Shown: positions 58,213 through 64,000 of the stretch, one piece after another
How the letters are laid out: each line of letters opens with the position of its first letter
Numbering within the stretch: position 1 is the stretch's first letter
Assembly (NCBI GenBank): GCA_964016885.1
Contig: OZ024760.1
Location: 18,228,001-18,292,000 of the forward strand
From: Eledone cirrhosa
Lineage: Eukaryota
Direction: 5' to 3'
DNA length: 64,000 nt
Notes under the pieces: model-generated
Databases searched by the model: none
Told to the model about the DNA's origin: nothing
The model's input: only the letters and a program-made list of their open reading frames with translations
Program-made: the position numbers and the translations under genes

Positions 58213-58282
58213 CACAACCATCATCACACACGCCAATATATTTACATACACACATATACAACACCTACGTAAGTACACACAC

Positions 58283-58328
<46 letters not shown>

Positions 58329-58379
58329 CATACATAACACAGTTATATAAATATATATATATATACATACATAACACAG

Positions 58380-58424
<45 letters not shown>

Positions 58425-58666
58425 CATAACACAGTTATATATATATATATATATACATACATAACACAGTTATATATATATATATATATATATATACATA
58501 CACACATAACACAGTTATATATATATATATATATATATATACATACATACATAACACAGTTATATATATATATATATATATACATACAGCCAACATCACA
58601 CACGCCTATATATTTACACACACATACACAACACCTGCATAAGTACACACAGACACACGCCTACAA

Positions 58667-58700
<34 letters not shown>

Positions 58701-59049
58701 CTACACATATATATATACATACATACATACACACACACGTTACTCTATATCTACCGGAGATTGTTTATAAACTAACGTGTATGTGAGTAAGGATCACAGA
58801 CACACATACTCACATATATATATAAATATATATATATTTATATAAATATATATATATATTTATATATATATACACACACAGACACCTTATACATGAATTT
58901 GTTCAAGAGGAAACCCGACTATTTTCTACATTACAGACATCTGTGTCGACTTTAATACACAAGTGGTCGTTGAAAACCATAGCCTCGTGTCTCCTACTGG
59001 AGACGGATTTTTATATATCAGGTCAGTAGATTTCAAATAGATCTCTTTC

Positions 59050-59058
59050 TGTCATCGT

Positions 59059-59106
<48 letters not shown>

Positions 59107-59130
59107 CCTTTTGTCCCTGTCATCATGTAT

Positions 59131-59163
<33 letters not shown>

Positions 59164-59456
59164 CCTCTTTTTGTCCCTGTCATCATGTATATATATATAT
59201 ATATGTATATGATGACAGGGACAAAAGGATATATAGATATATATATACCTCCTTTTGTCCCTGTCATCATGTATTTATATATATATATATATATATGTGT
59301 GTATATGATGACAGGGACAAAAGGAGGTATATATATATATATATATATATATCCTTTTGTCCCTGTCATCATGTATTTATATATATGTATATGATGACAG
59401 GGACAAAAGGATATATATATATATATATACACCTCCTTTTGTCCCTGTCATCATGG

Positions 59457-59491
<35 letters not shown>

Positions 59492-59560
59492 ATGACAGGG
59501 ACAAAAGGAGGTATATATATATATATATATATACCTCTTTTTGTCCCTGTCATCATGGAT
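59050..59560. repeat. ~22-bp module in alternating orientation separated by (TA)n
   Basis: cttttgtccctgtcatcat and its reverse complement atgatgacagggacaaaag alternate, ~10 modules. Confidence 0.9.
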
Positions 59561-59771
59561 ATATATATTTGCCTCAAACAATTCGAATAGTTCTTGCTAT
59601 ATGGTAGCTACTTCGATTCATGTCTATTATATATATATATATAGATATATATCTGTTTGTATATTTACCTATCTATTTATCTATCAGTCTGATTAGCTAT
59701 CTATTTATATCTATCTATAAAGAAATATATCTATTTGTCTCTCTCTATCTATATATATATATATATATATA

Positions 59772-59958
59772 TAATACAGAAATGGCTTCTACAGGACTAG
59801 AACTGTTTCATTCGGGAGAAATCATGATGAAGCCCTGATGATTTCTCCTAAATGAAACAGTTCTAGTCCTGTAGAAGCCATTTCTGTATTAAATATTTAT
59901 ACTCTGCTATGTACTGAGTACCTTACTTACTGTGGTTACCCCGATTGAACCCGGGATA
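59772..59958 (+). mobile_element. Family B palindrome-plus-tail element (short arms) with hammerhead remnants
   Basis: Arms ~59772-59825 and ~59838-59891; CTGATGA at 59835; tail matches ~36127-36190. Confidence 0.8.
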
Positions 59959-60068
59959 AATACATATATATATATATATATGAACAGAAAATGATGATGG
60001 AGAAACATAAAAATACTTATCAACATTATATATTTATCTGTCTATCTATTTATCTATCTATCTATCTA

Positions 60069-60725
60069 ATAACATTTTACACGTTTTTATTGTATGTAAA
60101 CTTCCCCCTTTGTATTTGTCCCCTTCTTTTGTGCCCCTGTGGCTAATAAAGAAATATATCTATCTATCTATCTAATAAAGAAAATCCAGTTGAATGCCGA
60201 GTCCATAGTAAGGATCAAACCGCCAGCCTCTTTCAAAAACGAAAGAGAGGCGGTTTTCCTCTGTACGGTGGCTATGGTGGACGAGGTTGAGAGGACTGAG
60301 GACAGATGCCTTTCTCTCTGGACAACAATTGATTCCCTTCTTTAAGTATCACTTTAGAAGGAGAATCAAGGTGGAGAGAGAGGCACTGCACCCCAGTAAA
60401 TTTACTGAAAGGTGGGTGAATGAAGCGAAAATGGCCCGAGTGATTGGGCCTTCTCTGTTTATAAGCCTGTAGGTTGAGGAAGAGAGCAAAAGGAAGAAAG
60501 GAGCACTTGCACAACACGCTCCTGGAGCTGAGGGTTGTTCTATTGACGGGGTATTAAACAACCCATTTGTGGTGCCTCCCCCCTATTGGGGATTTCGATT
60601 GTTGTAATTGTTTGTTTTTATATTTTTTACACGACTGTATGTAAAATCCCCGGCATGTCTTTGTATTGTCCCCTTTTTTTGTGCGCCCTTGTGGCTAATA
60701 AAGAAAGATATCTATTTATCTATCT
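60069..60725 (+). mobile_element. Two adjacent Tx1/L1-like 3' fragments in (TATC)n
   Basis: 60069-60173 matches ~41289-41392; 60180-60472 is a frameshifted homolog of ORF 40736-41143. Confidence 0.8.
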
Positions 60726-61091
60726 ATAAATTTGTCGTCTCTATCCAGCTCTCCGTCGATCTATCTATATTTTTATCTATCTATCTTCACACACACGTGT
60801 ATTGTTTATCTGTCTATCTATTTATCTGTCACCCTATCTATCTATTTGTGTGTTTATGTATATCTATATCTTTATCTCTCCATCTATCTGTATCTTTATC
60901 TATGTGTTTAACTATCTATATCTTTATCTATCCATCTATCTTCACACGCACGTGTATTGTTTATCTAATGTTTCACCATCCATTAAGCTGTGTGTGTCCC
61001 TCCATCCATCCACCTGACTACATCTATCTCTGTCAGTCATAAAACCCCTTTCTATCTCACCTTGTCATACATAGTTACTGTTTCCTATATA

Positions 61092-61173
61092 TACAGGGTG
61101 TCCCCTAAAAATATATACATACTTCAACAGCATTCTAATAAAATGTGTATATATTTTTGGGGGACACCCTGTA
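61092..61173. mobile_element. Tiny mariner-type MITE
   Basis: TA-CAGGGTGTCCCC...GGGGACACCCTG-TA. Confidence 0.82.
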
Positions 61174-61338
61174 TATAGTGCTGAATCGCACTCGAATCCC
61201 ATGTTTCCTTACACACAGACACATCTGCCTTCATAATTTATATTATATATATAAATATATATTGGTGTTTACACTCTACTAATATATTGAGTACTTTATT
61301 TACTGTGGTTACTCCCGATTTAACTAGGGATCTGATCA

Positions 61339-61392
<54 letters not shown>

Positions 61393-61472
61393 CCGCCCTT
61401 CTCACTGTATATATATATATATATATCATCATCATCATTTTACGTCCGCTTTTCCCTGCTTGCAAGGGTTGG

Positions 61473-61530
<58 letters not shown>

Positions 61531-61533
<3 letters not shown>

Positions 61534-61631
61534 TGGGTGTCCCAAAAATGTATACATACTTCGACAGCATTTTAATAAATATTGCCTGTACAGGTAATCA
61601 AAGTGTGTATACATTTTTGGGACACCCTGTA
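61531..61631. mobile_element. Tiny mariner-type MITE (partial copy also at 62196-62260)
   Basis: tactgggtgtcccaaaaatgtatac...gtatacatttttgggacaccctgta. Confidence 0.82.
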
Positions 61632-61639
61632 TATATATA

Positions 61640-61694
<55 letters not shown>

Positions 61695-61696
<2 letters not shown>

Positions 61697-61803
61697 TGGG
61701 TTCAATAGGGGGTAACCACAGTAAGTAAGGTACTCAATACATAGAGTATATACTGATGATTTCCTTCGAATGAAACAGTTCTAGTCCTGTAGAAGCCATT
61801 TCT
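61695..61803. mobile_element. Family B remnant: inverted tail fused to a hammerhead core
   Basis: Reverse-complement tail, then CTGATGA (61753) tttccttcgaat gaaacagttctagtcctgtagaagcc. Confidence 0.75.
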
Positions 61804-61876
61804 ATATATATATATATATATAACGAAGGAGTTGTGGTAAGGAACCAGATGGCCCAGGGGCCATACATTTTCCTAT

Positions 61877-61910
<34 letters not shown>

Positions 61911-62430
61911 CTTTACTACAGGATTAATACTTTTCAGAATCTAATCTTTGAGAATCCGGTTACAAAATCTTGTGATGTGATTCTATAAGAATGGAAACAT
62001 ACTTATTGTGAGAATCTGTTATATAAATAAAATACACCACACTATATACCTTCTGCCTCGTGAAGTATCGACAACTTCACTTTCTATCTGTAAACCTTGT
62101 TCTCATCAACAAATACACATAAACAATTATACATACTTACAAACACAGACACAGACACACTCACACACACACACACATATATATAGTTTTACATATACAA
62201 GGTGTCACCAAAAATGTGTACACACTTTGATTAGAATGCTGAAGTGTGTATACATTGTATATTTATATATAAATATATATGTGTGTTTGTATGCATATAC
62301 ACATACAAGCATATGCACATTATATATATATATGCACAAATATATATATATACAAGCATATGCACAAATATATATATATATATATTAAAATACAAATATT
62401 AATAAAATAGATTTTCTTTTGATCAATTAC

Positions 62431-62483
62431 ATTTTATTATACATATTTCGGATGTACAACAGTACGTCCTCATCAGACAAAAT
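62431..62483 (-). ncRNA. Type I hammerhead ribozyme fold, family A copy 2
   Basis: Minus strand: AUUUUGU-CUGAUGA-GGACGUAC uguu GUACAUCC-GAA-AUAUGUAU-A-AUAAAAU; stem I 7 bp, stem II 8 positions with one mismatch, canonical G-C at stem II base. Confidence 0.8.
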
Positions 62484-62636
62484 ATAATGATACATGACAT
62501 ACCCTGAGATGTTAAATGGTTAACACACTACAGTGACATACACAGGTACTTAATCAACTCATTCAGTCTGTTATATAAACAGGCATCTGGACTGAGTGAT
62601 GTTACACATGGATATTTCTTCCAAACTTGTACTACA

Positions 62637-62676
<40 letters not shown>

Positions 62677-63386
62677 AAAAGTATAGAAATTATTATCAGC
62701 AAGAAGTACACGGTATTTCATAATATATAAGTGACTATAGCGTCAAAATGGGAAAATAGTTAACGTAAGATGTGGGAAAAATAATTCAAACTCAATTCAA
62801 AAAGAATCGGGATATAGATTCATCCAACAGAATTTAGTGAAATTATATATATATATAATTGTGTATCTGTACAAGTGGTTAAGTTCGCTTCCTAATTAAT
62901 CATGAGGTTCCTTGTTCGATATATTTATTGGTATCTTGGACGGGGGCGGGAGTGTTTTAGCCACAGGTTCTTGTCAATGCAAGCCATGTGTGTGAAATAA
63001 AGAACCCGGAGACTGTAGAAAATAAAAGCTTGTCTGGTAGATTTTGACCTGTAATTAAAAGACCCGGCTTCATTATACACAGAATACGGTGATTCTACCT
63101 TAAGGCTACATTAAATGTATCAGTATCTTAGCAATATTCGACCACCTGTAATTCAAAGGTCCGGTTTCGTTATACACAGAACACAGTGATTCTGTAACTA
63201 GTGGTGCTTGGCTGTTCCAGCGCATCAGTCTCGCCATCACCCGAGGTAACGCTGTCAGTGTGCTGGCTTGTCTAAAAAATTATTAGAGAGGTTTCCCAGT
63301 GCCCCTCCTCGCGATATTATCTTTTACTCTGATAGCGGCTCGGGTGTCCACCCATTTCGCCTTATAATTTGGAATATTTATTTATA

Positions 63387-63419
<33 letters not shown>

Positions 63420-63624
63420 TGTATATATATTGTTTGTGCATATATTTAAATTCTGTAAGACTTATAAACAATTTGTAATGTTATTTATACAATTGTAAAT
63501 AAAATAATACCAGACTTTTAAGTCTACATTAAGTGTACCAGTCTCTCAGGTGTACTCAACCACTTACAGACTAGTACAGTGTCTAGGTAGTTCAGTTGAA
63601 CGAAGACCCGTTTACGATGTTGTT

Positions 63625-63800
63625 GATTCACTGGTTTCAATCATTAGACTTTGGCCATACTACAGCACTACCCCCTAGTGATTTTAGCCAATAATATCGA
63701 TCCCAATTGTTATTTTCAGTGTGACACATTTGAATTATCGATCTTAACTTATCGAATCGTTAAGTTACTATTTTGACACAACACCGGTTATTTCACCAGT
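63625..63800 (-). mobile_element. Diverged SINE 3' part containing a single copy of the 46-bp monomer
   Basis: Minus strand gtgctgtagtatggccaaagtctaatgattgaaaccag resembles the 5357-7984 unit. Confidence 0.6.
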
Positions 63801-64000
63801 ACAAGCATACACATACATACACACTCCCATATTCCCTCACACACTAACGTACACACACGCACACACATATATATACACACACACACTCATACATATATAT
63901 ATACATACACACGCTCATATACCCCTCCCTCTCTCTGACATATATATATATATACACACATATATATGTGTGTGTGTGTATGTGCATGTGTATATAAATA

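Overview
Eukaryotic, extremely microsatellite-rich, mostly non-coding DNA. From memory, the SINE families resemble those of octopus/coleoid cephalopods; this was not checked by a search. Almost all ORFs in the track are artefacts of (TA)n, (CA)n, (GA)n and (CCA)n arrays. The window holds several minisatellite arrays (121, 46, 26, 48, 31, 60 and 29 bp units), four of which amplify a piece of a dispersed repeat also present as single copies here. It also holds tRNA-derived SINEs, 3' fragments of RTE-, Tx1/L1- and CRE-like LINEs, TA- and TTAA-flanked MITEs, and one possible coding exon made of 20-aa repeats (33153-34817, minus strand). The most notable signal is at least three distinct families of type I hammerhead-ribozyme folds: 11460-11523 and 62431-62483; 35829-35879 and 36060-36110 with relatives at 59.8 kb and 61.75 kb; and 54607-54651. 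Two of these families show stem changes between copies that preserve base pairing. Several sit in small ORF-less palindrome-plus-tail elements embedded in (TA)n, an architecture reminiscent of Penelope-like element pLTRs. A fourth palindromic family carries only a partial hammerhead-like core. All folds were derived by eye and are untested.
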